Assembly: GCF_006345805.1 (NCBI RefSeq)
Contig: NC_042999.1
Span: 123,008,001-123,072,000, forward strand
Origin: Octopus sinensis
Taxonomy: Eukaryota
Length of the DNA stretch: 64,000 nt
Direction of reading: 5' to 3'
The position numbers and the translations under genes are program-made. Position 1 is the stretch's first letter; every line of letters starts with the position of its first letter. Under the pieces are notes generated by a model that saw only the letters and a list, made by a program, of their open reading frames with translations, was not told the DNA's origin and did not search any database. This document shows, piece after piece, positions 1 through 13,056 of this stretch.

Positions 1-420
1 CCTTGTGCCTATAGCACAGAGGATTATTATTATTGAAAGAAGTGCACTGGTAGATGTGTTAGCATGCCAGACAAAATGTTATGCGGCATTTGTTCCAGCA
101 TCACGTTCTGGGTCCAAATTCCATTTAGGTTGACCTTGCTTTTCATCATTTCAGGGTTGATAAAATAAATCCTAGTTCAGCATTGGGGTCGATGTAATTG
201 ACTCTGCCTCTCCTCTGAGAATTTGAAACCATTATTATTATGTAAAGTAGTGAGCGAGCAGATCATTAGCATGTCAGACAAAATCCTTGTCTGTCTTCAT
301 GTTTTACCTTCAAATTCTGCTGAGGTTGATTTTAGCCTTTTGTCTATTCAGAAATTCAGCTAGAACCCCTCCCACCAAAATTTCGGGCCTTGTGCATATA
401 GTAGAATGAATTAATATTTT
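1..420 (+). mobile_element. Three head-to-tail copies of tRNA-derived SINE family A (MetaSINE-like central domain)
   Basis: Repeated ttagcatg..aaaatg..ttctg(a/g)gttcaaatt..gac(c/t)ttgc(c/t)tttcatc..ggggt(t/c)gataaaataa..ggccttgtgc with (ATT)n tails. The central gactttgcctttcatcctttcggggtcgataaaataagtaccag resembles the Meta domain (family assignment from memory). Confidence 0.8.
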
Positions 421-2441
421 TAATCTTGTTTGTTCTACAATATTATCTTGTAGTGAAGAGCTTGTTTGTCTTAAGGCCTTTAAAGAAATTATGATCAGGA
501 TCTTGGTTCCAGGCTGGTTGAATCAAGTCAAGCGTATTTTAGATTAGTGGTCTGAAAACTCAGCAAATGTTTCCTCTAATGTTTAGCATGATGCTGACAA
601 CTCTACTCCTTAAAAACAATGTTATATGAAGTATAGCACAGTAAGCACAGTCTTGGTAAGATGTCCTTTATAAAGTATTTACATACTTATTGCAAGAAGA
701 ATAATACTTTATGGTCAGGAATCTTTGCCTTGATCCTTATAGTTCAGTAGAAACTTTCATCCATCTTCAAACAGGATAATAAAGTGACTTGTTTCTGAAG
801 GTTTAGGAAACAGCTGGCCTTTTCTATTAATGGATTCACTGACTTAAGAAGGTATTTGCTTGATATTACTCATTGATCTGCTTTCTTACAGACCATATTG
901 ACTTTAAGTTATAGAATTATCTATATGTTTCAACTGTTGCTTGATTTAAACAAGCTGCTGCTGTTGTAATTTCCAAACATGCAGCCATAGTTGCCAGTAG
1001 TTTGGTGAGGAATGAGTTTAATGAAGTCAGTAATATGTGGAAGAGTATCAGAAAAGCTTAAAATAATTAAAATATTATGTAACATTAATGTTTGGAATCT
1101 ATTCTTAGTATTATGGCATTTAGCATATTTAATGGCTTTATACTTTCTTTATCTTCATTAGACTTTGTTTTTACTTAAACTCTGAGTGTTCTTTATATCG
1201 TATTCAAAATTTCTTAATCTCTGACTAGGAGTTTCATTTTCAGAACTTCAGTTAATATTTAGGTGTGGATATGCAAGTTACACGAATATGATAATCATAT
1301 AACTTTCATTTAGGATTTAAAACTCATATACACACACATAGTTTTTATGATTGAATAGTCTTATAAAGTTAAATAAATTACTTCAAATTTTAGATCTTAA
1401 ACGAAAATTTGCAAATTAATCTGGATACAGCTAATTGCTTATATGTATATATGAAAATGTTACTACACTAGATTCATGTCTGCATCTACAATTTAACTAC
1501 TGGTTCAGATATTTCATATTAAACAATTATATGTATTTCAAGCTTCTATGTCTGGCCATTGAAGGATGGGATTCATTAAGTGGGCTTTATCATTTTTACA
1601 ACACTTCAGCAGTTCGCAGTTCTTCAACAACCTGACAAAAGCTACTGGCTATTTTCAGTTATATCTTTGAAACCTGCATTCTGGTAATGGAACAGTCAGT
1701 ATGCCTTAATTATCATACTCATAACTTTTTTAGATAATTATATAGTTTCTTTTATTCTTTCGTCTTATTAATTTGCAGCCAAAGTGAATGATAGATGTGA
1801 GACATCATTAAGGACAACACAACTAGATTATTACTTTCTCCTTGCACTCTATTGGCTTTATGATGATTGTTCCTCAATAGAAATAAATAAATGTGGTGCC
1901 ATAATTTTCTTACTCAGCTAACATCGATTATTGAGGAGTTAAATAGTGGCTTTTCTTTAACTTAGCCTTTACTATTTTACCTAACATTTTTTCCATGGAG
2001 AAGGACTTTAGCTGCAAAATCTTCTATAATATCACTCACTAACTAGTTAAATTTAAATTGTTTTTGCATCTATGTTGCTTCTGATTCTGACTGAAACTAC
2101 TATTACTGTAATATTGCTATTAAAACAGCTCACTTTTTTAATCTATACATTTGCTAAATTAATTATTTATTTTTTCATTTCTAGATATAAATCTCTCTTA
2201 TGAAGATTAGTTATGATTTTCCAAAAATCATTTTACATTGGAAACCAATGAAACTAGCTTTAGAAGTTTTGTCTATGAAACTAGAGTCTAGTATATTTTG
2301 TATGTTATTATTTGGAAAACCAAGAATGATTTCAATGGTTTTATGACTATTATGAACACAGTGATAATATTGTAATTATGGATTTGTCTTTTAGAAATAC
2401 AAATATGTAATTTCTACTGAAGTTAATATATTGATGTAATT

Positions 2442-2660
2442 AAGGTGGTCTGAGGCAGAGTCATTAGCATGCTAGGCAAAATGCTTAGTGGCATTTCATC
2501 CATCTTTTAATTCTGTGTTCAAATCTTGCTGAGGTCTACTTCATCTTTCATCCTTTCAGGGTCAATAAAATAGGTACCAGCTGAGCACTAGGATTGATGT
2601 AGTCAACTTTACCCCTCCCTCAAAGTTGCTGGTCTTGTGCCAAAATTTGAAACCAATATA
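2442..2660 (+). mobile_element. SINE family A copy
   Basis: Full head, central domain (ctttcatcctttcaggggtcaataaaataggtaccag) and gtgccaaaatttgaaacc tail. Confidence 0.85.
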
Positions 2661-3987
2661 TTGATGCCAGTTTTTATGCAATGAAAAGTATAAAGTTAGC
2701 TTTGTTGTATTTTTCATATTAGAAGTGTAACAGTGCAGGTGAAAGTCTGTTCATTAATTACTAAAGAATTCTAACTTCAGTGTAGTAATTCAGCTGGATA
2801 CTATAATACAAAATATATTTTTATAATTTCATGTTAAAAGAAAAAAAAAAAAATTTTATTCTGATACTTATAATTATTATTTTTTCACTCTTACTTAGTG
2901 GGTTACAAATGACCAAATCGGATTTAATGAGATTTAAATGTCAGGAAAATATTACCCTGGTCACTTGATCAGGTATTTTCCTGCATTATTCCAGGTGAAT
3001 AAACAAGTAGGATAATGCATACTTTTATTTTGTTGAAACTATTGCTTAAGTAAAAATAAGTGCTTGAAATGTTTGGAAAGTGTTTTTATAAATCTTTACC
3101 TAACAATGGCTTAACATCCTAACAGAGCCAATAATGAGTGGATTAGCTTAAAATATATACATCATTTACTCGCTAATCCTCTACTTGTTGCTTGAATAGA
3201 TTAATGATTTCATGATACCATATGATTGTAAGCTTTATTTAGATCACTGTGATAAATGTTCATATTGCATTGTAAACATTATTACAACTGTACATATTTG
3301 CTGATTTTTCTTTTATTCTTTTGGCATTCATCTTAATCAGCTCATTCTTTTGTAAATTATTAATACATATTTAGTATTTTAAATTGTTGATTAGTAGAAC
3401 AAATATAATTTCAGAAAACAATTTTTTTCCCGTGAGAGCTAGATGCATTTAATAATTTTGAATAATTCAATAGAACTTTATAAAAGTTTTTATTTTAATT
3501 CTTTGGATAGTTAAAAAAATAATTATATGTATTTAATATGGTTGATATTCCATTGAAATGAGGAGGCTGAGGTTTGGACAAAAATTTGTATTTGAGAAAC
3601 CCTAGTCAGCTCAGTTTGAAGTAACTTACAGTATAAGGAAAGCTGGTCAGGTGCTCAGCAGTAAATCATGGATTCATCACCCTATGTATGGCAGATGTAA
3701 GGTGCTTAGGATAGTTGGTTTCAGTTTAACTCTCTTTGAACTGGAATTTTATCTGTTGACACCTTATCTTCTATTTTTATTGTTCATAAATATTTCAAGA
3801 TATCTTGAAAATATTATTCTTTAAAAGGAAAAGAGATTGTGCTCTCTTTTATAATAATAAAGTTTTAACAATAAAATGTAAATAAAATGTGATGAAAGGA
3901 GATAGCTAGTTACAGCACTATGATTTTAATTTTGTTTTATATGTGAAGAGCAAAATTAAATACATTTATAAAAACTTAAACATAAGT

Positions 3988-4320
3988 GCAGGTGTAGCTG
4001 TGTGTTAAGAAGCTTGCTTTCCAACCACATGGTTCCAGGTTCAATCCTGAATGTCACCTTGGGTAAGTGTCTTCTATTATAGCCCTGGGCCAACCAAAGC
4101 TTTGTGAGTGGATTTGGTAGATGAAAACTCAAAGAAGCCCATCTTGTATATATTTATATGTTCTCCCATCATCACTGACAACCAATGTTGGTATGTTTGC
4201 GTCCCCATTACTTGGTAATTTGGTGAAAGAGACTGATAGAATAAGTACTAGACTTACAAAGAATAAGATCTGGGGTTGATTTAGCTGCAATCAAATGAGT
4301 GGAATGTGTAAAAGAGTGTA
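3988..4320 (+). mobile_element. tRNA-derived SINE family B copy
   Basis: A-box/B-box-like head (gtagctgtgtgtt...ggttcaatcc), then ttgggtaagtgtcttctattatagcc, caaagctttgtgagtggatttggtaga and gatagaataagtactagacttacaaagaataag. Confidence 0.85.
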
Positions 4321-5438
4321 CAAAAACAAAGTATCAAAGTCTATGATCCATTGGAGACTTCAATGACGATCTTTATCAAAGTCAACTTAACCTGAAACTG
4401 AGTTACTTTCTCAAAAGGTGTTGGCTTCTTTACTGTAAACTGATGGTGCTAGTTCATTTTGACAAGTTGTTCTTGTTTACTGCAAAATAGATGAGCAATT
4501 TATGAGTTGTCTTGACCACACATATAATAGAATAACATCTGAACCACTGACCTACCAACTGATTGTCCAGCCTTCCATTGATTCAGTTATCCATACAAGT
4601 AATAAAGAAACTAGAATATACATAATTCATTTTAATGGTAGCAAAAGGTTGGCGCTATAAGAAAATTTCCTCTTCCGAAGGTGTTTAATAAATACTTAAG
4701 AATGATGTAAAAAGAAGCAATGTTCATTCTCAAAGTAGTCTTTATTCATCTGGAATGAACACTGTGAATAGTTTGGAAATGCTCTAAATTAAAATTCTTT
4801 TTTGTAGCTTTGGTTAAGAAATAATTCTATAAGTTTATGCTTAAAAGATAGGATTCTGAGACTAAAGAAATAGATTTAACATGTGTACAATGGAAAATCT
4901 TTTATATAAAATTAAAGCTAGATAATACTTTTCTTTCACTGAAAAACTAATATATTTGATTTGTATTTTAGTTTAAGATTATGCAGCTTTACATGAAGTA
5001 AGCTGGCTGAGTGGTTAATATTGCTAATCACTCATGGTTTAAATTCTGCCAATTATTTGTTACTAATTAGATAAGCAACTCACATGAGCTTTGCAACCTC
5101 AACCCCCATGCCTATGCTGACAAATGCACTCGGTGTTAATATTCACGGAGGAACAAGATAACATGGAAATTTCTAGCCCTCAGGAGAAATGATTTGGGAA
5201 AGTATTAAGTTTGGTGTTTGTGGGATGAGACATAGCAAGAATCAAGCAAGGAGAGGCAGGTACTTTGGGATGGACTGGAATATAGTTGGCATGTAGCCTG
5301 CCAGTTCAGAAAATCAGAAACCATTGTAGAAAATACTTCTGCCAAACCATAGTTAAAAGACTTTGCTGATATTATGACTAACAATAAAGGCCCTTCACAA
5401 AGTTTTTCCATTTCATTATATTAGGAATAAGCATATTA

Positions 5439-5838
5439 TACTCTATTACTCTTTTACTTGTTTCAGTCATTTGACTGCGGCCATGCTGGAGCACCGCCTT
5501 TAATCGAGCAACTCGACCCCGGGACATATACTTTTGTAAGCCCAGTACTTATTCTATCGGTCTCTTTTACCGAACTGCTAAGTAACGGGGACATAAACAC
5601 ACCAGCATTGGTTGTCAAGCAATGTTAGGGGGACAAACACAGACACATAAACACACACGCGCATATATATACATATATACGACGGGCTTCTTTCAGTTTC
5701 CGTCTACCAAATCCACTCACTAGGCTTTGGTTGGCCCGAGGCTATAGTAGAAGACACTTGTCCAACGTGCCACGCAGTGGGACTGAACCCGGAACCATGT
5801 GGTTGGTAAACAAGCTACTTACCACACAGCCACTCCTG
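5439..5838 (-). mobile_element. SINE family B copy, well preserved
   Basis: Reverse complement starts caggagtggctgtgtggtaagtagcttg...ggttcagtccc and ends ...cagcatggccgcagtcaaatgactgaaacaagtaaaagagta. CpGs are largely retained. Confidence 0.92.
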
Positions 5839-6559
5839 GCATAATATAGTTGAGCAATAATAGAGGATTAACCAATAAATGATGTATGTACTTGAAGCTA
5901 ATCCACTCATTATTGACTCTGTTAAAATGTGAGACCATTTATAAAAAACACTTTGCAAATATTTCAAACATTCATTTTTACTGGAGCAATTGATGTTAGA
6001 ATTGGCTGAGCACCAAAGTATTTAGTTACATCCTTTTAAATTCTGAGTTCAAATTCCATCCATGTTGGCTTCATATTTTATCACCCAAAGGTCTATAAAA
6101 CAAATATCAAGCTAATACTGGGAGTAATTTTGTTGACTATACTTCTTGACAGTTGCACCTCAATCTGGCCACAGTCTAACAAATCTGTAAAAAAAATAAG
6201 AGCAAAAGAACATTTGATTGATTCGTTACTAACTTCAGAAAGTGGTATGATATTCGAGAAGATATTTTTTAATAAAATATTTGCCTTATTTCATCTGCAA
6301 TCTCAACAAATCTTTGTTACTCGCTATATTTTGAAAATAAATAATTGAAAAGGATTATCATATTAGAATTTTTATATTTTTGCTCAATGATTTTTCTGGT
6401 ATAAGTTAACTGGTTTATACTCAGAAATTGGTATCACTTGATTTTATCATCTCTTATTTTCTTGTTACCAGACAAGATTATGTGTTGCAAATTGTTTTGA
6501 GTGTTCATTTTGAAATTTAAATTATCTGTGTAAACTTGAACTACAATACTGTTGCATAG

Positions 6560-6594
6560 ATGTTGTGGTTAGATAGTGTCTGGAATAATCCCAG
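6560..6594 (+). CDS. Candidate short exon (35 nt): MLWLDSVWNNP+2 nt
   Basis: Strong donor CAG|GTGAGC and a moderate acceptor (tactgttgcatAG); only one frame is open. Short enough to arise by chance. Confidence 0.3.
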
Positions 6595-6664
6595 GTGAGC
6601 TTTTTTTTTGCATTTATTGACATTTCAGCAACATTTAATATCTTATGCTTTTATAGATGAGAGA

Positions 6665-7075
6665 GTGCAGATATGGCTTCCTAACCATATGGTTTTCATG
6701 TACAATTCCAATGCATGGAATCTTGAGCAAGTGTTATCTGTTATAACACCAGGCCAACCAAAGCCTTGTGAGTAAATTTCATAGACAGAAACTGAAAAAA
6801 AACCATCAGAAGTGTGTGTGTGTGTTTGTGTATTTGTGTAACTGTCTCATTGATCTTGACATCTCAGAGTTATAAACAAGCATTGTCCATTATTCAAGTT
6901 AAGTCCTTTGTTTCCAATTTTCTATGAAAACATGTCTAGTCATGGGGAAAATATTACCTTATTTGGAAACAGGGGAAAATTGGTGGCAGGAAGAGTATCA
7001 GGCTGTAAAAAACATGTCTCAATGAATTCCAACTGACATTTGTGACTGGAAAGTGTGCTTTTATTGATGGTAACC
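6665..7075 (+). mobile_element. SINE with family-B head and RTE-like 3' tail (family C)
   Basis: Head shared with family B. The 3' part ttggtggcaggaagagtatcaggctgtaaaaaac...ggaaagtgtgcttttattgatg resembles the RTE 3' tip. Confidence 0.65.
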
Positions 7076-8971
7076 ATTTGTTGAATGAATTATTTATTTA
7101 TTTTTTTATGATTATGTTTGTGATTAGATAAGGAATAACTCATACCTATTACCATCAACTTATAAGTTTTCCATCATTACTAAAACAGCTACTGACTGTT
7201 TCCAATTTGGAGGTATATTATAATATTTTAGTATACGTATATAATTTCAAAATTATTTGTTATAAAAATAATACTTATTGGCTGGAAGGAAGTCAAAGCA
7301 AGGTTCAAACAAGAAATACATTCCTTACTGACAAGCTGGCACATGAATTTAAGCCACCATAACTTTCTTGAAAAATTTGACCAACAGTTTTGCTTTTAGT
7401 TTTTTTTTCAGTCATAATTGTTACAATATATCTGAGAAATTTTTAGTTGATTTTGATTAAAGTGATTTTAAAAAGACCGAATCAAATTAAATGCTTTTTG
7501 AAACTGTGATATAAATCACAGTTTCAAATTACGATTTGAAACTGTAATATAAATCAAATTTGAAATTAACTGATGACTAACTTTTATAATTTTTTTATAA
7601 TTTGGTACTTATAGTTTATAGATTAAAAACAATATTGTGATTTAAATTATATTTCTTTTAATACAGGCAGTTAACTGAATGTGTATTACTTTCTTTGAAT
7701 CATATCATTTTTAAATACATATTAGTTACTAAATCAAACCATATCGTTGTCTCACAGTTCTATTCATGATCACAGCATAAAGTAATATTCTATTGATTAG
7801 AAATACCAATCTTCTCAGCATGCAATTAAATTTTTAATTTCATTTTTCTATTTAATGTCAATCTCAGCATGCAAAAAATTTGCATCCTGATGATGATCAT
7901 TATTGTCGTGATGGTAGCAGAGGCAAGCATCACAACGACGATGATAACAACAACACTACCAGTGACAACAACTACGATCACCCCCACCATCATTGTAATC
8001 ATGATTATATTAGTTTGAAGCGTTTTATGTTAGAGTACCAATCTATATTATAAAAAGTTTAACAGTCCTCCATTAAAAGTCCAACAGTTTTATTTAAGTC
8101 ATTATTTTGTACAGATCGTTGCTGATTAATCAAGTATGATCCAACCATGACAATTCCATCTTTTTTTCCTGGTGTAATATATATTGAACATTGTTTATCT
8201 AATATGTGCTTCATTATTTTTTTATAAACTAGTGCGTGATTAAAGAGTGATTAAGCTGCTATTTCTAGCAGACTGCAGGATCAGTTAGGGGCTGCTCCCA
8301 CATTAGCTTGAGTGTTTCTTAGGATATTATTCTCTGCTAGAAAATGCAGATTAACTACTTAACTAGGATATCCTAAAAACAAAACCACAATGCAAAAATA
8401 TCAATAATTGGTTTTTCTCATAGACATCTCTCAATATCATTTAATGACTAGCAAAAGGCATAGTGACTGGATCTCACTGGGTTTGGTTATTGGTAATCAA
8501 TGTGTGTATTTGAATGGTTATTAGCATCATCAACAAGTCACCAGGTTTCCTTTGTTGTAAATCAGTTGCATTGATTCACATCATATTATCCTCTACTACA
8601 TTCATTTCTGTATAGTTGCCATTCAGTTTCATTGATATAAATAATACCTCTAGCTGTGACAACATCAAAACATTTACTTATATCTGGACATGATTTAAGC
8701 AAAATGTTGCATGAAGCATCTGTTTTTTCATAATTTCTATTTTTCACCAAGAGAATTAGCTGATGTTCTTTGATACAAATTGTTCTCTGATCTGTTATGT
8801 GTTTGTGATGTTATTGTCCAGACTTAGTCAGAAGTTGTAATGCTCTATGACTGTTACTCATGTTTACTCAGTTTACTTTCACTTTAATCTATCAATCTTC
8901 TCAGCATGCGACTGAATTCTCAATTTCATTTAAACAATTTAATCTATCATGTTATTAGAATTTAGTAGTTG

Positions 8972-9192
8972 ATAATGGTTTCAAATTTTGGCACAAGGCC
9001 ATTAACTTTAGTGGTGACGAAGGGGAACTAAATCGATTACATCAGCTCCAGTGCTCATCTGGTACTTATTTTATCAACCCCAAAAGGATTAGAGGCACAG
9101 CCGACCTTGGTGGAATTTGAACTCAGAACATGAAATCAGAAGAAATTTCACTAAGCGTGCCTGGTGTGCTAATGATTCTACCAGCTTGCCAC
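8972..9192 (-). mobile_element. SINE family A copy
   Basis: ggtttcaaattttggcacaaggcc...ctggtacttattttatcaacccc...ggaatttgaactcagaac is the reverse complement of family A. Confidence 0.85.
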
Positions 9193-9899
9193 TTTGATTC
9201 AGAAGTTAATACTAAAAGTGCAATGTAATATGATATTTTGATAATTTTTGTCATTCATAATTTTCATTTACATCTGTTGAGGTATTACTTTGGGCGTCAG
9301 TCAAGAAGAGAAAGATTGTTTTTGTTGACTTTTCATTTTATTTGTCATAAGTTGAGATATTCTGAGAAATCTGTAACCTATTCTGATTTTTAGTTGTATA
9401 TTATATCATATTACTTATCATAACTGAGCTTAAAAATGCTTAAGCATCTCTCAATCTGTGAATATGTGTGTTTGTTTGTGAGGCCACTATTGAGTATCAC
9501 AAGTATGTCTTTTTAAATGAAGACTACCTCAGTTTATGTAGTTGAAGAGGTCTGATATCCATTTAGCCTTTGCATTATCTTTTACATATTGGAGACATGG
9601 AGTCCTTTATTTCATCTAAAACTACATAATGGACTATATGTGTCCAGCTCAATTTCCTTTAGCCTTTATAAATTTCACAACATACCATTTTTACACTTTT
9701 AGTTAGATTATGTTTTGGCCATGACTTTTACATAAATAAAGCCTCCTAGGTGGACAGACCTTTTGTTAAGATATGATTGGCATCATGCAATAGATGTGTG
9801 AACCATATGTTTTTTATAACAAGAACTGATAATCCTTGGTGGAGTATTTATATATTCTGTGTTACATATACATGCATATATGTTCATGTATATATCTTT

Positions 9900-10190
9900 A
9901 TACATAAATGTGTTTGGGGTTACTCTAACTCCTCTCACACCATCCAACCGATTTTAATGATTTTTGGAACATAGGTAGATCATATACCTTGAAGTTAAAA
10001 TAAGGCTGGAATTTTTCAAAAAACTTGATAATACTCAGTTGGCATCGATTTTTGAGAGCTCAATCAGGCATTTGAATGGAAATGCCCATAACGATGTTAT
10101 TTTTCCTGCAGCTTTTGCATTGTTTGCCCAATTTTGATGAAAATAAGTTTTAAGAAATCAATAGGCCTTTTGTATGCAGTTACCCATAGG
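9900..10190 (+). mobile_element. Degenerate non-autonomous repeat, possibly Helitron-like
   Basis: Microsatellite followed by ccaaccgattttaatgatttttgg, which resembles caaccgattctgatgaaacttg in the 34758 element. Termini not resolved. Confidence 0.3.
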
Positions 10191-13023
10191 ATTAATATTT
10201 TATACTGTAACTTTATTGTTGGTTTGGATTTCACCTTTCACTTTAATTTTTGTAAGTGGTTTTAAAGTGATTTTTTAGTTTTGATGCCTATACATTGGCT
10301 TACTATCCATCTACCTCTCATTATCCTTTTTCATTAAGTGCTAAAACCATTATGATCAGGTTTGTTCTCATATAATTCAAGTATTTAACTGCATTTGTAT
10401 TATATTCCAACACATATTTGGCGACCTTAGTAATCATAACCTTATCAAAATTCAACATCATTATCATGTGGTTTGCATTTGCTTGCACATAACTATAAAT
10501 AATATTTATCAAACCATCTTTCTCTGATCATTCTGTCCTTTCCTCAGTTCTTTGACAACAGTCATCTTCAAAGCAATCAGAATTATTTTATACTAGGTTT
10601 TCATTACTGTTTTACTGATTATCTCCAACACTAAAGATGATTTCTGCAAGAATCAAGTTATTCCTCTTTTAACTGTTTTCTTAAATTCTCTTGGTTATAA
10701 TTTTGATTTGTTGATTAGCCTCAGACCAATGTTTGATGAAACAGACACTTCAGCTATCACCACCCTCTCTCTTTTCCTCAGATGTAATGTTATCAGAACT
10801 TCATTGTATACATTCTTTAATAAGTTGTGTTCGTCTTCAACAGACAACTCAAAGTAGTTGAAGGTGAATTGGCTGCTATTTCTACCTGGTTTAATGACTG
10901 TTTTGAGGTTGCCTTAGCATGTAGTCAGTAGTTCATAAGGAGGCAAACATTTATTGAATCAACCTCAGTGTATTACAAGAATTTGTTTTTATTGGTCCTT
11001 GAGAGGTAATACATAAAATTTATTCCAACACTGAACTTTAAACAACACAACAAAAAATTAACCTAAACTCTACCATTTTTGACAATTCTCTTCATCTGTT
11101 TTATTAGACATTTTAAGTTTATGGCTTCTTGTATTATTGATATACCCATTGTTTTAATCTCAGGTTAGCTCAGTAAGAGCTGATCTATAAACACAAATGT
11201 TTCAGTGATGGTGATCTCTGATATTTTTATTCAGTTATTGTGCATCTAGGACAAAATTATCTAGTGTGTTTTGTCATTTTTTAAAGTGGCAGAGTGTAAT
11301 TTGAGGGAAACAGCTTAGGTAAATGAGGCCTTCTCTTAGAATGTGCCTGAAAGACAAGAAACTTAGCTAGAAATCACTCTTAGGGTAAGGATAATCCTGA
11401 GTCTGACAGTTCCTTTAATGACCCTAAATTAGTGTCCTATTGGGATATCTCATTTCATACTTTAATATACTTTTGTTTTCTAAGCCCATTTATATTTACA
11501 ATTCTCTAAAGGGTCCAACTAGTTTTTAATTGATTCTTTTAATGTTCCTTTCATATCCACCCCATTGTGAAAAATAAAAGGAATAATAATCATTATTATT
11601 AATATTCTTTTTTCCTTTAGTTTTGGTAAATTCCTTTCCTTGTGGATTTTGATTGCAGTACATTGTTCTATACATTTATTGATTCATTTGTGCATTGAAA
11701 GTATTTCTCTTTTCATCTTTTGGGTCAAAATTGAAAGGTTAACAAACGTTAAGCATTATCTCTAAAGTGATATTAAATCTCTTGTCTTTAAAATCATTTC
11801 TCTGTCAGTTAGGTTTTGCTGTTAAATAAAATATCAGTTAAGTGCCATTTCACTTAAACTGATGTTACTTAACAATCTTTAAGAATTTGACTAAGACATG
11901 CGGACATACATACACAGTCGCACACTTTCCTGTTGATAAGGAAAATAATTTTTCAGTATATTGGACATAGATACTGTCTATGACTTCTCACCAGTCCACT
12001 GAAATTAATGGCAGCAGAATGAATTTAGGTAAGAAGTGAATTCAAGGGAAATGGTTGGGCATTGTGATTAGTACAATGGCTTGGAGGGTAAACACAAACT
12101 AAGTGATGAGAGAAGGGGATAAAGGTGTATGTCAGGTGGGCTTGGATAGAGATGGTATGCAACAAGCTAGCTGGGATCAGAGTGCCTTATAGTAACTGTA
12201 GGAGACAGCCTTTTCAAATGTGGGAGCAGTATAAATGGATAAAGGTGATTATAAGATTAACTTCTCAAAAGGTTCAGCTGGTCAAAAAGTTTCTTTCATT
12301 TCAATAACTTATGTTATTGAAGAATTTGATTCTTTATTTTGTACTAGCATTTCGTTGTTAGCATTGCTCAGGTTATTAATAAAATTCTCAAGCAATTTAA
12401 ACTTTCATGGTGCATTAGCTTTTGAGCTAAGCATTCCTTCTACAAGTCATGACAAGTGTATGCAAATAGTTCCATTTATCAGACAAAATTGTTAACTTAC
12501 AATATTCTGTATTTATTTATTTTTTTATTCTATGATGTTTCATTTCTCCGATATATTATTTTCTTGCTACAAAAATTCATCCCTAATACTGAATTCAGTT
12601 TAATTCTTGTAGAGTTTTCAAGAATTATAGGAACATAGTCATAATAGAATTGTAGAAATTTTATCATGAGTATGTGCCTACGGGTATTCAGTGAAAATGC
12701 AAATGATAGAAGTAACAAACATCACTATGAATCAATTATCCAGCATGTAATGCTGATATGGTTGTTAACTGTGTTGGTAATGATAAGGTGAAGTGTTAAT
12801 TTAGCTAACAATAGTTTTTACTGAGGATCAGTAATCATAGCTCAGTATTTTCTGCAAGATAAATTATTTTCTTATTAAACAGTTGGTATTTAAGAACCAG
12901 AGTCAGCTTAAAGTTAAGTAGATAGAATTTTGTGTCTGAAAACTTTCCTCTATTCTGAGAAGTACCAGAATAAAAATAGTAGCAGTATTAAACTAATGTA
13001 GATTATATTGGTTAATATGGAAA

Positions 13024-13056
<33 letters not shown>

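Noticed and set aside
4355-4490. APE-endonuclease-like GDFNDDL in a short open frame
   Set aside because: Isolated motif bounded by stops, with no other endonuclease motifs nearby.
9980-10138. Protein-like 52-codon frame (IIYLEVKIRLEFFKK...)
   Set aside because: Lies inside a probable non-autonomous repeat, with a poor acceptor and no donor.
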